A stretch of DNA of 64,000 bases from Eukaryota sp. GEM-RC1 (Eukaryota): positions 434,001-498,000 of the forward strand of contig JAUFOQ010000003.1 in assembly GCA_040285855.1 (NCBI GenBank), in the 5' to 3' direction. This document shows positions 22,688-35,370 of the stretch, piece after piece (positions within the stretch are counted from its first letter, which is position 1; the number at the start of each line of letters is the position of its first letter). The translations under genes were made by a program, and so were the position numbers. The notes beneath the pieces are model-generated. The model was not told the origin of the DNA. It made no database searches and saw nothing but the letters and a program-made list of their open reading frames with translations.

Positions 22688-24798
22688 TCAACATTTCTTA
22701 GATTTGAAATACTTTCGAATACTTCGCTGTAGTTTAAAGACCAAATCACAGTTTTGATAAACGTCATCTTTCACAGGATAGCACTCAGTCCCAGTCTTTT
22801 GAATAGTTTTTAACAAAGAGGTAAACATTCCAATGGTATTAATCTCCATAGACCGACTAGCTTCTATGAGTCCCATTTGTAAGTAACCAACACTCAAAAG
22901 AAAAAGACCAAGAGCAGCGGCAAACTTTGCTTTTCTTACATAAGGATTATGGGTATCTGGCCAATCGTCAGTAGAAACAACAATGTTTGGCGAAAACTTC
23001 TGTCTAACTACACTTGGCGGGACTGGTAAACACTTAGAATCAAGAGAAGAAGCTCTGACAGCATCAAAAGCAACTGTAGCAATGTTTACGAGAGGAATGT
23101 AGGAAACAGATGAATAATTAGTCGACAATCCCAAAACACGAGCCATCACGTCATCAACTTCAATCAATGACGTGGACAATGCAGCAACGTCAGCACTTTC
23201 CGGTCTAATTATCACCTGAAACAATCCATGTGCCCTCTCTAAAGAACATCCACTTGGTTTCATCACCGAGTGGTCTATTGGAGCTTCACTCTTACCATCC
23301 AATGCCCACTGACAGACCAACGAGCACGTGGCCACAGCCAAAGCAGTGCTGTGAGAGAATTGAGGAAGTATGGGGATGGCGAAGAACTTACGGAGTAATG
23401 AGTGATATTGAGATCGCTGACTGGCAATCGAAACCAAACTGTAAACCAAACGTGATCCGATTTCACTGTAAACGTCATGAATCGACTCATACAACGCCAC
23501 CGAAGCATTAGTACTCACAGAGTCACTAAAACTCTTACAACTCTTGGGATTCAACAACATTGTAGTAATAAATCTACCAACAAACCTACTACTAAAAGGA
23601 ACCACCCCAACGGAAGGTGGTAAAACCGCTTCTCCTAGCAGTACAGCTAATGGGTGGGTAACTCCAAGGACAGTGGAGTCAGACGACGCTTCATCAAGAA
23701 TAGAAGCTCGTAGACGTGTCAATTCGTCATCAAATGCTTCCAAGTGTAGTTCTAAGTGATGTATCAGATTAAGAAGGTGTTCTTCACGTTCCTTTGCAAC
23801 TCGAACGATCTCTTCTTCGTGATGTTGGAAGGTGAGACGTAAGTTAGCCAAGATCTTGCTCCTCTTAGAAACTTCTTCAGAAGCATTTCTCAAAATCAAC
23901 GGAGCCGCGGCTGCTAGCGAGTCATACCGTCTTAGAATCACATCTAAAAGCTGTCCTCTCTCAGAACATTCTACTGTTACTTGACGAACCAACTCTCTTC
24001 CAGCCACTAGTAGGAGCTGACGTTCGTTTTCAAGGGTTAGTGCAGTATCAGAAGGAACAACTACAGAAGGGGAAAGTTTCTTAATAGCAGATACTAGGAG
24101 AGCTGTTTGATCACGTTTTCTGAGTTCTGATGGTGTGTTAGTGGGGAAAACACGTCTCTTGACTTCACCGTCTTTGACAATCAAATCTGATTGGTCATAA
24201 TCATCAGCAGTTGCCATAACGGTGTTTTCAAAGATATGAACTGAAGAAGGAAGAAGTGAGTCTGGAAGAGCAAAACTAGATGAAGCACTCATGGATTCGT
24301 GAGTGTCTGCCATCACGTCAGATAATGGCATTAATGACCCTTGACGTTTCGTTGTGTGCTTAGAATATGATAAAAATTTATGACGAAGCTTTGAGTCACG
24401 ATCAGGTGTATGCTTAGAGGTAGTTGAATCAAGAGTAGAGGTGAAAGACTGGGGGTGTTGATGGGAGATGTGGACCTGTTAGTAACTTCTTTATTCCCAG
24501 TACCAGAACGAGAAGATTGGTGATGAGGAAACGAAGAACGAGGTGACGAAATGGTAGTAGTGTTTGGTAGTGAGGTGAAAGTACGTGATGTGGGCGGTGG
24601 GAGGAAAGGAGGAGACTCCTGGACAGGTCCTAAGTTGTGACGGGGAGATGACTTTGGACTAGTAGCAGCAAGATGACGAAGATTCAAAGGAGACATGTAT
24701 CGTTTCTTACCAAGAGATTGCTTGTTACGTGGAGAGAATTTAGGTTGATTGGTTCCATCAGTGCCTGAGAGATAGTGAATGGTGGCAGAGTTGACCAT
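22688..24798 (-). CDS. Protein with an axonemal dynein light chain (p28/AXDND1-like) segment; probable frameshift near 24455
   Basis: RELVRQVTVECSERGQLL resembles ELIRQVTINCAERGLLL of the Ax_dynein_light family. The upstream S/P-rich ORF switches frame at a C-run into the 22688-24331 frame. Confidence 0.55.
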
Positions 24799-25362
24799 GG
24801 TTGAATGTAGCACAGCAACAGACTGCTAAATGTGGTTTTTGGTAATCCGTATGGTTAATTACCAAATGTATTCTTTTGGAAGCCAACCAGTTAACAACGT
24901 CTCAAGACTTTAGTAGTTAGTTTAAAGATCAAAATAGCACTTCATATAATCCCGCTTTACTCAAATGTTGAGGAGCAATGAAGGAGCCACAGTGCTATAC
25001 AAAGTTGAGTGACAAGACACGCATCCAAACGTGGATTTGTGTACATTTCCAAACAATTGCAATTGTTTGTGTTTGATACTCAATAGTATGAGCAAGCCAA
25101 GCAGGATAAGTACAAAAATGCAATTAATGACTCTTAAAAATGTAACCCATGTTGAACTTCAATTGCGTCCTTTTGATATGTCAATTTAGGGAAAAGCACA
25201 TTGAATTTTGTAAATATTTTTGACAAATTCATAGACCAAACGCTTTGGAACTACATTAAATTGATTTTATGAACACATAAGTGTGTCTTAATGTTGAACC
25301 GTGTCGGTTATGTTGTATTTAAAGATACTTCCCCTAAACGTCCACCAAGCTTTACTATCAGT

Positions 25363-25980
25363 TAGGGATGTTCAAAATTATATTACAACCAAAAATTAAT
25401 TCACAATACACTATTGTAATACACAATGATTCAGCAATACATTATTCCAATACTGAAAAATGTACAATATACACAGTTGTGGAGCTACAAAAATACGTAC
25501 AGTGCCAATTTCCTCGCCCCTAACACTGTTCTAACCGTTGTCTGGGCACTTTGGTCCTCAACAGTTATCCCACGCCCCTTTACTTCCGAACAAAAGGCAA
25601 AGTCGTGTTAAAATAACAAAAGGATTATTACGAATGACTCTGATTCATGACAGACTTGAAGCTCAGTTATTCTTGTCAATCAATAGTAGTTTTGTTGGAA
25701 GAAGAACACTGTGAAAGAAATGGAGAATGCACAAATTATTGACATTGTTGATGGTTCAAGTTAGTATAAGACTGTGGTCTATTGACTTTTCTTAAAAATT
25801 AGTGATTTTGTTCTTATGGAGTTTTAATAAAGGAAACATTTGTATTGTTATTGAATTGATATGTTAGTTTATTTGCTCTAATGTAGACAAAATTATGCAA
25901 TAAATAATTACAATACTCCATCATCTTGCAATACATTATTGCAATAATTGCGGAATGCAATTATTTTTTGACCATCCCTG
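25363..25980. mobile_element. Non-autonomous hAT element (618 bp)
   Basis: TIRs tagggatgttcaaaa / ttttgaccatccctg; 8-bp TSD ctatcagt (25355-25362, 25981-25988). Confidence 0.88.
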
Positions 25981-26521
25981 CTATCAGTGAATTCCTTTAA
26001 TGAGGATAAAGCTTGTGGTACGAGATGAGAGTATGGGTATAATTATATCAAATTCTAGTTTCTGTATGTTAGTGAGATATAATAAGTATGATTGATTGAA
26101 AGACAGAAATAGTTAGAACGATTGATGCCATAAAAAGATGAGATGCGTTTAGAAATTGCACAATTTAATTACGTGTCGGACATGTATTTCCGTTGAACAA
26201 CAATTCTGTTTTTGCTTGACATCTGGGATTTTTGGCCAAAACTTCCTTCATCTTTTGGAAAATTGTGTTAACAGTGTGATAAGAATTTTAAAGAAAGTGT
26301 AGTGAGATGAAGGTCTAGAGTGTCATTTTCGCTTTCAAGAGCAATAATTAGGTATTTTGATTCGATAATGAACCGTCTCTTTAAATCAAGACACGATTTT
26401 GAGATGATGTAGAAGTATTTGTTAGTTCGTACACTACTACATGTAGTAGCAGTCTATATGTGGTATCTTAAGTATTGAAGTTTCAAAAAAACTGTCACCT
26501 CCAACCACCCTCTGTATACCT

Positions 26522-29500
26522 GATGCACCTTTCCCATGTTTATGGCTTAGACAGTCATAAGCCCATCAATTTCACCAATGACTCATATTTATATGTATCT
26601 GGAAACCTTGTTGTTGTTTCCTCTTTTGAAGACAAAACACAGCACTTCCTGACATCACATGGTCTTGATTCCACAATATCTTCATTTTGTCTATCCCCCA
26701 ACAAACGATACGTAGCAGTTGCAGAACACAATCCTGAACGTTCTGTAATATCCATTTGGGACTTATTGGCAGTTAAACGTAAGAAGGTGTTGTCTTTCCC
26801 TGAGTTCTCCAATACCACCATCGTTTCCATGGCTTTCTCTATAGATTGTCGTGTTCTTATAGTCGTAACTGGTGCTCCTCATTTTCAAGTTTGCTACTCT
26901 ACATGGGCTAAAACCAAACTTTCTGCCTCTCTAAAGAACATCTCCACCTCCTCCACCACTATCAATCATGTCTCAATCTCCCCAGCTCATGCTGATGGAT
27001 CTCTCTTCCTCGTGTGTGGTACTGGAGTCTTTAGGATTCTTAGGTATGCTCCTGGTGAACTTAGTTTACGAGTAGCCCACGGAGGGCTTTCTTCTTTAAA
27101 GAAGGAGAATCAAAACTTCTCGTGTGCAGAATGGGTAAGTAATGACGTCATCGTTGTAGGATCAACGACAGGTGATCTCCACTTGATTACGAACGGTCAT
27201 TACACAACTTCCTTTCTCGACGCTCCTCTTGATGGACATCCAATTGTCAAAGTAAGTCCCTTTGCCAAGGGTTTTATAGCAGTTTCACAGGAGAAGGGAT
27301 TATATGTTTATGAGTTTGCAAGGCAAGAAGATCAAGAAGACGAAAATGTCAAGAGTTTACCATCTTTGACTAGAATGATTTATGAAAATAAGAGGATATT
27401 TCAATTTTGTCTGAATCCTTCAGAGGATTGCTTTGGGATATTAGGAGCATCGCAAGAGTTGGCTTTTTATTCGTTTTTGACTGATGACGTGATTGATGAC
27501 GATCGGTTGACTGTTAGAGATAATCAATCACGAGTGGCTGATGTCATTGTTCGTCTGATTTCCAATTATTTTGATAATTTTAAATGTTTTGATCTTCACC
27601 CTTCCGGATTTTACGTTGCAGTCGGACTTTCTGATCGATTAGTAATCAGTTTAGTGCTCGACTCCTCGACTCTCGAAACTTGTGTTCTACTCAATTATTC
27701 AAATATTTCAAATATTTCATGGTCAAAATGTGGTTCGTTCCTTTCTTTTGCATGTGGACAATCCATCTACATCTACTCCTTCTCTGCTTCTGCTGTCTAC
27801 GCTTGCCCCGTTCCTTCGTCAGCAATACCACCACCATCATTCTACCAATGTCTCAAAAAGCACACGTCACCAGTTTCTGGTCTCGAGTTTTCTTCAAGTG
27901 GTGATCTCTACTCAACAAGTGATGGAACAGTTGTCTTGTGGTCACAAGTTGATGGCAAATGGGCAAACTCCAAAGCTTGGTACGAAACGGGGTTCGAGAT
28001 TGAATCACTGACCGTGAGTGTCGATGAAATGAGCTGTTTTATTGGGTGTTCTGATGGTAAAATTCGACAGTTAACTAAGAACTTTGATTTGTTGATTGAG
28101 TTGGATATTGGAATCCATTGTAGCTCACTTCATTGTGTTTCTAAGAACATTCTGTCAGTTGGAAGTAGTGAGGGAGTTGTAAAGACAATAAGACTTCCAT
28201 TGACTTCCGATTGTACTGCTGAGTCATCAGTACGTGTCCACACGCAGAGTGTGTTGAAGATTTTTTCGAAAACACGCGGGTCTGATTGTTTTGTTTACTC
28301 TGTTGGTTTGGATAAGGTAGTGTCTTTATTTGAATCTGTTTTACCTACAATTGGAGTTTCTCCTGCTGACGAGTTTATGACTGGAATTGAGATCACTGAT
28401 GGTCATTTGTTGATTGAAAATCGACGAGTTGTCGACGAGAAGAGATCGGAAATTGAGTTTCTCCAACAACGACATGTTTTTGAGCTTTTGCTTCGAAATG
28501 AAGGGTTTAATTTAAAAATTCGCGAAAAGTCTGATGATATGAAAAAGAGTTGAATGAACATGAATTAAAACTTTCAAATCTGTTAGCAACAAAAGAAGAC
28601 CTTGAAAAGACCCAGGTTGATCAAATAACTAAAATGAAGAAGATCCACCAGCAAACAGTTGCTCAAATGAGAGAAGCGTATGATAGTAGGGCTGTGCATG
28701 ACCAACACATTGAGGAGGACTTCCTTAGAGAGATTGCCGAGTTGGAGGAGAAGCACAATGATAAGGTTGAACAGTTGACCGATCACTATAAGAGCTCCTT
28801 TACTAAAATTCTAAGTGAGTTTTTGATGAGGAAGGAAGAAGATGAGACTGTGATTCTGCAGCTTCGCGATACTTTAACTCAGAAGATCAAAGAGCATGAG
28901 GTGAATTATGCCAAAATAGAAACTGAGGTTGAGAAAAAGTCTAGAGCTTTGGTCTTGGAGTTTCAACAAAAGATTTCCAAAGAAAAAGCACAAGTTGAAC
29001 TTGTTCTAAAGGATAATGAAAAGTTGAAAAAAGAATATGATACTTTTGAGAAAGTTTTATTAGAGAAAAGAAAAGAAGTGGAAGATCTTCATAATCTACA
29101 AGAGTTACACCTATCAGAGATCGAGAAGATTCAAAAGGAAAAGGCTTCGTTAACTAGGGAAATTAAAGAGAGGAATGCCACGATTGAGGAGAAGGAATTG
29201 AGAGCTTTAGAGTTGAAGAAGAAAAATCAAGAACTTTCAAAATTTAGATTTGTGTTAAATTTTAAAATTGATGAGCTGCATCAAGAACTCTCACCCTATG
29301 AAGAGCAAATCGAACAATTCGTTGCTCAAATCGAACAAATGCGTTCTGAACTTCTTGAACATGAAAAACGATACAATGAACTCAAGATATCTCTCCGCGA
29401 CCTTAGACTTAGAATCTCTGCTGCTGACGGACAGCGTAATGCACATGAATCAAAGAACAAGCTTCTTGGTTCTCAAATCTATGCTCTACAGTTAGACTTG

Positions 29501-29971
29501 CTCAAAACTCTAGAGTCTTCAAATGATGCGAAGGTCTTGAAGAGCTATATTCTGAAGCTTTATCGACATTACGTATCTCAGGAAACTTTTAATAACACTG
29601 ATGTTACACGTTCAGTGTTGGATTCGAATAATTCCTTTGACAATCCTCAACGAATCCTTGACCACCATCAAAAAGTCGTGAGTTCTTTAGAAACCAAGAA
29701 GCAAAAGGAAATCGACAGGTTTTCTTCTAAAAGAGCCAAGCTTCTGAGTGAGAATAGTGTTTTATTAGAAACTCTTAATGAATTAACTGCTGAACTTACT
29801 CATATTAACATTGTAAAGACATCCTCTGAACCTTCGTTAGATCAACTTTCAAGAGAAGTTCAACTTCAGAAGATTACTATTGGGAGGTTAACTGAACGAC
29901 TACAGGAGGTAGAAACGACGTTTAGACCAAAATCAAGGTCAAAATTACCACCGTTGACGTCACCGAGGTAA
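26522..29971 (+). CDS. CFAP57: CFAP57/WDR65-like WD40 + coiled-coil flagellar protein (frameshift near 28540)
   Basis: LSPNKRYVAVAE, DLLAVKRKKVL, LHPSGFYVAVGLSDRL, LTREIKERNATIEEKE..ELKKKNQELSKFRFVLNFKIDEL. Confidence 0.88.
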
Positions 29972-30250
29972 GGCTGGAGGTCTCATCGAATGCATCATTT
30001 TGTATTATATTTATATTATTTAAATTATCATGTATTTTTACTTGTCAAGTATACTAAACATTTATTTGATGACAAAGATAAATTTCAAACTGATTCGTCG
30101 AATTTGCCATTATTTAAATAAATAGAAACTCTAACAAAAGAGGTATTTCTGATAGAAGTAATACAAGTATAAGTCTGAGATACAAACTTTCCATACAAAA
30201 AGGAGCTGTACAATAGTTGAAAAATTCAAAAAAAATTCTACTGAATTAAA

Positions 30251-30850
30251 TTATTCGAGGTCAGAAAGACGGCGGTGTTTCATACAGAATATCCCTAATA
30301 GTCTTGTCTTTTGAGACTTCTCAATCCTCTTCAGCTCAGCAAACAGTTCATCACGCTGCCTTGCTAATTGTTTAACATGTTTTTTACTTGATTTAAGGTG
30401 TTGTTTGCGGTTCTGTATTTCACTGGAGAGATCATGTACAAGATCAGCCAAATGACTAGCTTGATCTGTTGAAGATTGTTCTATAAAGACACTAGGAGAT
30501 GCTGAAGGACTAGTAAGAGCATCAGATTCCACAGGTAAAGATGAAGGAATGGTGAGCTGTTGTAGGTCTTCTTCTTGCTGGAAAAAAAGTTTGAGAGTCC
30601 TGCGTATTTCAAACTCATCACCTGAAGAAATGGCGTCAACATCAAGATTGGCCCCTGGGAAAGCAAAGCTTAGAAGGTTGAGGTTGTTTTGTTTTTCTAA
30701 AAGGTTTAATGGACATGCATTCATTTTTCGAAGGTCAACAAGACCAGGAAGTTTGGCATTAACTATTCGAATGAAGGCAATACCGTCACTAAGAGACTGT
30801 ACGTCGGTATAAGTAGATCCAAGAAGTTTATTAAGCGCTCGTAAAGACAT
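30251..30850 (-). CDS. EB1/MAPRE-like protein (CH domain + EBH tail; frameshift near 3' end)
   Basis: N-terminal CH-like LSDGIAFIRIV..PGLVDLRKMN; QRDELFAELKRIE, with KTIRDILYET in the adjacent frame, matches the EB1 C-terminal motif. Confidence 0.65.
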   Translation of the reverse strand: MSLRALNKLLGSTYTDVQSLSDGIAFIRIVNAKLPGLVDLRKMNACPLNLLEKQNNLNLLSFAFPGANLDVDAISSGDEFEIRRTLKLFFQQEEDLQQLTIPSSLPVESDALTSPSASPSVFIEQSSTDQASHLADLVHDLSSEIQNRKQHLKSSKKHVKQLARQRDELFAELKRIEKSQKTRLLGIFCMKHRRLSDLE

Positions 30851-30924
30851 TTACGAGCTTGAAAAAGGGATGTTGAATCCAAAAAAATTGTGCTATAAAA
30901 ACAGTTAGGGCAGAAGGCTCTTTT

Positions 30925-31326
30925 ATGTCTACGGATGACCTTATTGCCGTTCTCCAGGAAATAAAAGACGAACAAACTCCTGGTCCTGATTGGTCTCTCT
31001 TGGATAACATTGCTTCTGATATTCTCTCTGTTGTAGACACCAATCTTCCATCTACACGGAGTACGAAATACCCCGAACTGAAACGTGGACTGGCAGAGGA
31101 GCGTCGTCTTGTTTCCGAATCCATTCAAAAACTGAAAGCATTCATTGCATCAGTTGAAAGCGATAAGAAGGAATTGGAGAGGCTTATAACAGAGTGTGAT
31201 AAACCCAACCCTTCTCCAGATGTTCTTAAACTGGTTGACCGATATGATGCACTCAAGCGAATGTATGAAGATGGTCAACCACATGAATCTGACGGGGACC
31301 AACCTGAATTGGATTTGGATATGTAG
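30925..31326 (+). CDS. Hypothetical protein, 133 aa
   Basis: Clean ATG ORF with protein-like composition, divergent from the EB1-like gene across 74 bp. Confidence 0.6.
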   Translation: MSTDDLIAVLQEIKDEQTPGPDWSLLDNIASDILSVVDTNLPSTRSTKYPELKRGLAEERRLVSESIQKLKAFIASVESDKKELERLITECDKPNPSPDVLKLVDRYDALKRMYEDGQPHESDGDQPELDLDM

Positions 31327-32167
31327 TTGGTCTGTATTTGTTTTTGTTTACTAATTTCGGTGTTTGTTTACATTACTGCAACTTTACTGTAGTACCTACA
31401 AGTAAGTTATGGTCCATAACGGTAAGGTTGTCTTATCTGAATTATTTAATTTTTATAATTGTCGTTGAAGACCAATCTAATTTTGAACTGATTTATACTC
31501 ATTTTCTGTACATATACATACAGTCTAACCTCCCGATATGACCAGTCATCTTGTGAAATTGATCGTTTCAAAGGATGAAGAATGACAAATATATTGTGTA
31601 ATATAATTGTTAACTTGTTTCAACTGTTTGTACATCAATTAGTGTCGATCAGTTCCGGTAGACAATTTCTTTTCAACTTCAGAGTTGATAACGTGACGAT
31701 GAGGTAGTTGTCATTGTTTGATAGTAAATTACTTGTATTTTCTTTGATTACAATGTCAATATCTTATTTGTGTTCTTTTTTGTTTTAGAGCTATGATTGT
31801 ACACTCAAACTACTTTGATTCAAATCACAGGAGTACAAAATAGCAAATTAACTAATGTCATCAAGTTCAAACTCTTCAACCAAATTGTTTTAATGAACGA
31901 CTACCTTGTTTTCATAATGCAATCCACATAATTAGAATACATTGGAAATCAAAATGTAAAAAATTACATAGATCAATGGTTTTGCCCAAACTGGACATCT
32001 GTCGAAGTTTGTTTCCCTGCAACGTTCTCAATTTGGAACTGAAGATAAATAATTGTATTAACTTGTTAAAAAAATACGGGAGGGTCTATGTGCGGAGAAG
32101 AACACACAACCAAAAAAACAACAAAACAATAGAATATTAAAAAAAATTACTAGTATCAAACGAACTA

Positions 32168-32360
32168 CACTGGTCACAACAATTAGTCTCAGTGAGACTA
32201 ATTCATAACCTAGTTTCAAAATGGTCTACTCATAAATTAGTTTCTCTGAGACTAATTTTCATCTAGCGAAATTTGCCTCTAAAATGTCGAAAAGGACGCA
32301 AAACATAAATTAGTCTCAGTGAGACTAATTTTCCATTGAGACTAAATATTGTGACCAGTG
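32168..32360. mobile_element. TA-flanked MITE (Tc1/mariner-like)
   Basis: TA|cactggtcacaa ... ttgtgaccagtg|TA; internal aattagtctcagtgagactaatt palindromes. Confidence 0.8.
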
Positions 32361-32389
32361 TAGCTAATTCCGAAAAGTACTACTTTACC

Positions 32390-33060
32390 ACCAAACAATT
32401 TGGACAAAATGGATTCACCATATCTAAACATAGACATAAAAATAGAAAAAGCAAGTTTACTCTTCCAGTACGATCTGATAAACTTCTTGCCAAATTCTGA
32501 ACAAATTTTTTAAAAATATTTTTAAAAACTCATTGGTAGAAGAATCGAAATTTGCGTGCAAAGAAACTGCAAAAGGCTGAAAGACAATATTATTGTGTCT
32601 TCGTGAATTCAATGCAGCAACTTGATGTACGTACTTTGATACTTTAGCGTTCTCAGCGTCTTTCAGTGGATCATTTGAAGTATTCAAAAAGTTGGTGATA
32701 GCTGAAGCTTTGCACGCGTCAACGGTCGTAAAATCAACAACAATTTCTTGGCATGACAACCAAGGGCCATTAAAATCACCACGTTTCTGAGTTGAATCAG
32801 GGTGATTTGAAAGATGAGAAAGTAATGGTTCGACTTTGCCAAGGGCACCATTCGCCTTAAACATTTCCAAACATGTATCTCGAAGACTGTTGTGCAAAAT
32901 TGAACGACAATATATGAACTTTGAACAATTGACCAAATGATGGAAGCTAACCTTATGTTTGTTTTTACAGATGCACATCCTGTTCTGTAACAAACCAAAT
33001 GGCCAAAAACCTAAACGAAGTCTCATGTTAACAAGTCATTCATGATATTTTAGATTAACA
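32390..33060 (-). mobile_element. CRE-like non-LTR 3' part (zinc knuckle + RLE)
   Basis: MRLRLG, CIC..FHHLVNC, LHNSLRD, VEPLL, RGDF, VVDFTTVD, AENAKVSKY, FQPFAVS. Confidence 0.85.
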
Positions 33061-34313
33061 ATAAATCTCCCTGCAAAATGAATAATGATATTTTTTTATT
33101 TTTCCAAGTGGTAAGATGGTTGTCAATTTCCCTGTCTCATACATAGTTTAGGGATTTGATTCTATATTTCAGACCGTTCCTTTGACTTGAAACGTGAAAG
33201 TGAGATGGTGTAGAGCCAGAAGTATCTAGTAAATATTGATGACATGACATTTTCTATTAGTAATTGTGATTGTTAATACACACTTTCAAAGATACTGTCA
33301 CATACAACAAAGTTTCAAAATTTGATTCTGAATTGGCCCATATGTATCACTTACTTACCGTTATCCTTCTAGTCACGTTGAGGATCTATTGCCTCAGCGG
33401 GATACATGTTGTTCATGATGTTTGTATTGAAGATGTAAAAACTTCCTATGAACAACTGGTTAAGTCGATATGGTCGGCTCATTGAAGATTATTTCTGCAA
33501 ATCACTGAACATTCATTGTTATTCTACTAGTTTCAGCAGTATTATAATGTAATAATATTATCATGGTCAGCAAGATGTTGTTGTTATTGTACCCATCGCA
33601 GTATTGTTTTACCAATTCCTGTCCAATCAAAACTTGAACTTCCACAAGTTATGGTCATCCATTAACCAAGATTAAGGCAATGAGAAGATGTCATAAAGTG
33701 GAGCGAATTATCTTGAAACCTAACCATCTGCTCATCTATTGAAGTCGGAGAGTCTATTGTCCACAATCTCACGATAAGATACATTGTATTGTATTAGAAT
33801 TCTTATTAGAAGTATATCTCTTCCGTTTTTGAAAGAATCCTATATAACAATGTATAGTATTGTCAACAACAGGAGAAAAACGGAACATAGATTTGTATTC
33901 CAATGATGTTGCTAAGCTCAATCAAAATTGATCACGTGATTGTTGAAGAGGCTTTAGGTTCATCTGTCAAATAGTTGTTTTTATCACCAAATGTTGGAGT
34001 TACAAATATTGAATAAAATCAACACTTAACAGAATTAATAGCAGATGATGAAGATGTCATAATGTCACGATGTCGGTATCATCGACATCAGCTATAAATA
34101 TTTGAAATCTTTTTGACCTGTATCTTTTTCATTCCCTTTTTCGACTTCCAAACACTGCAAAGTGTTTTGGGTGATAGTAACAGGATACAGTTACTCGCAC
34201 TATCACTCTTCAATTCTTTTCGTTTGTTCTTGCGATCACCACTTCTCGTTTTGGTGTCAAAGAAACTCTTCTTGTTTTACAATAAATCAACAATCGTCTC
34301 AGTTTGCTCATGA

Positions 34314-35340
34314 TTTAACCACGGATGGTCAAACCCTGGTCCTTTTGTCACTGAGGAAGGAATCACAACATTGAAGCCCTCCGTATGGCTCGATGATTCT
34401 GTCGTTGACCTTTTTGGTGAGTACATCACCCAGAGTAGCGAGTTGTGCCAATTTTTCCGTATCGGGAAATTTTCATGCTGCAGTGAGTTATGGCGATTTT
34501 GACACATTAGCTCTTGAATTTCTAAATATTCAGAATTCAATGCGAGAGGCTGGGAAAAGGTTTTTATTTATTCCAATAAACGATGGTGTCTTTCGTGGTA
34601 CAGCAACTCATTGGACTCTACTTGTTTGTGACATTGATAGTACATCATTTTTTTCACTTGACCCAATGTACACTGACAGTTCAACTCAACTTTCATTTGA
34701 CGTTTTAACTCATAATGATCAAGTTGTAAATAGATTACAGGAATATTTGCGTGATTTTGGTAATTTTTCAAATTTAGGAAAGCTCCCTGTTATTAAACAT
34801 CAAACTCCCAGCGACTGTGGACCATTTATCTTAATGTATATGCAAAGATTTGTTCATTTGGCATCATCATTAGACAATTTCCAGGAAATTATGTTTCAAG
34901 TCCAAGGTTATGTCGATTATGATGCTGTTGACATGAGAAAACAAGTTCTAAATCTCATAGCATTTACTCATCCTACGCCTTTTGCTATACTTGCTGTAAG
35001 TATTGTCAATGAGTACTTTTCAAACAACACTCAAGCACGTGTTCAAAAACGTCGATGCATGACCAAAGAAACTCAAAGAAACTGCCAAGAACTGCTCCCA
35101 ATCAATTTATTAATGATTATTTACTCGAATGGTACAAGAAAAAGAACATCTTCTCCTCAATTTAAACAACATCCTCCGAAAAAGAAGAAATTTTCTCAAA
35201 AATATCAAATTTTACAACATCAACATCGTGGAGCTCCAACACAATCTCGTCATAGACATCTTATACTAAGATCACGTGATCAAATTGACACACTGAAACC
35301 CAATGTACCGCTTCATGATTCTGTCAATGAAGTTTTTTGA
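34314..35340 (+). CDS. Ulp1/C48 (SENP8-like) cysteine protease domain, frameshifted near 34455; start not resolved
   Basis: TLKPSVWLDDSVVD (adjacent frame, 34368-34410), FLFIPIND, HWTLLV (His 34609), FSLDP (Asp 34660), QTPSDCGPF (Cys 34816), MRKQVLNLI. Confidence 0.82.
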
Positions 35341-35370
35341 GCAGTACATTGCTGAAAATAGAAAACACAA

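Noticed and set aside
33060..34310. Transposase or left end of the element carrying Ulp1-Fanzor
   Set aside because: I found no TIR matching the Fanzor 3' flank and no transposase motif; the region is degenerate and unassigned.
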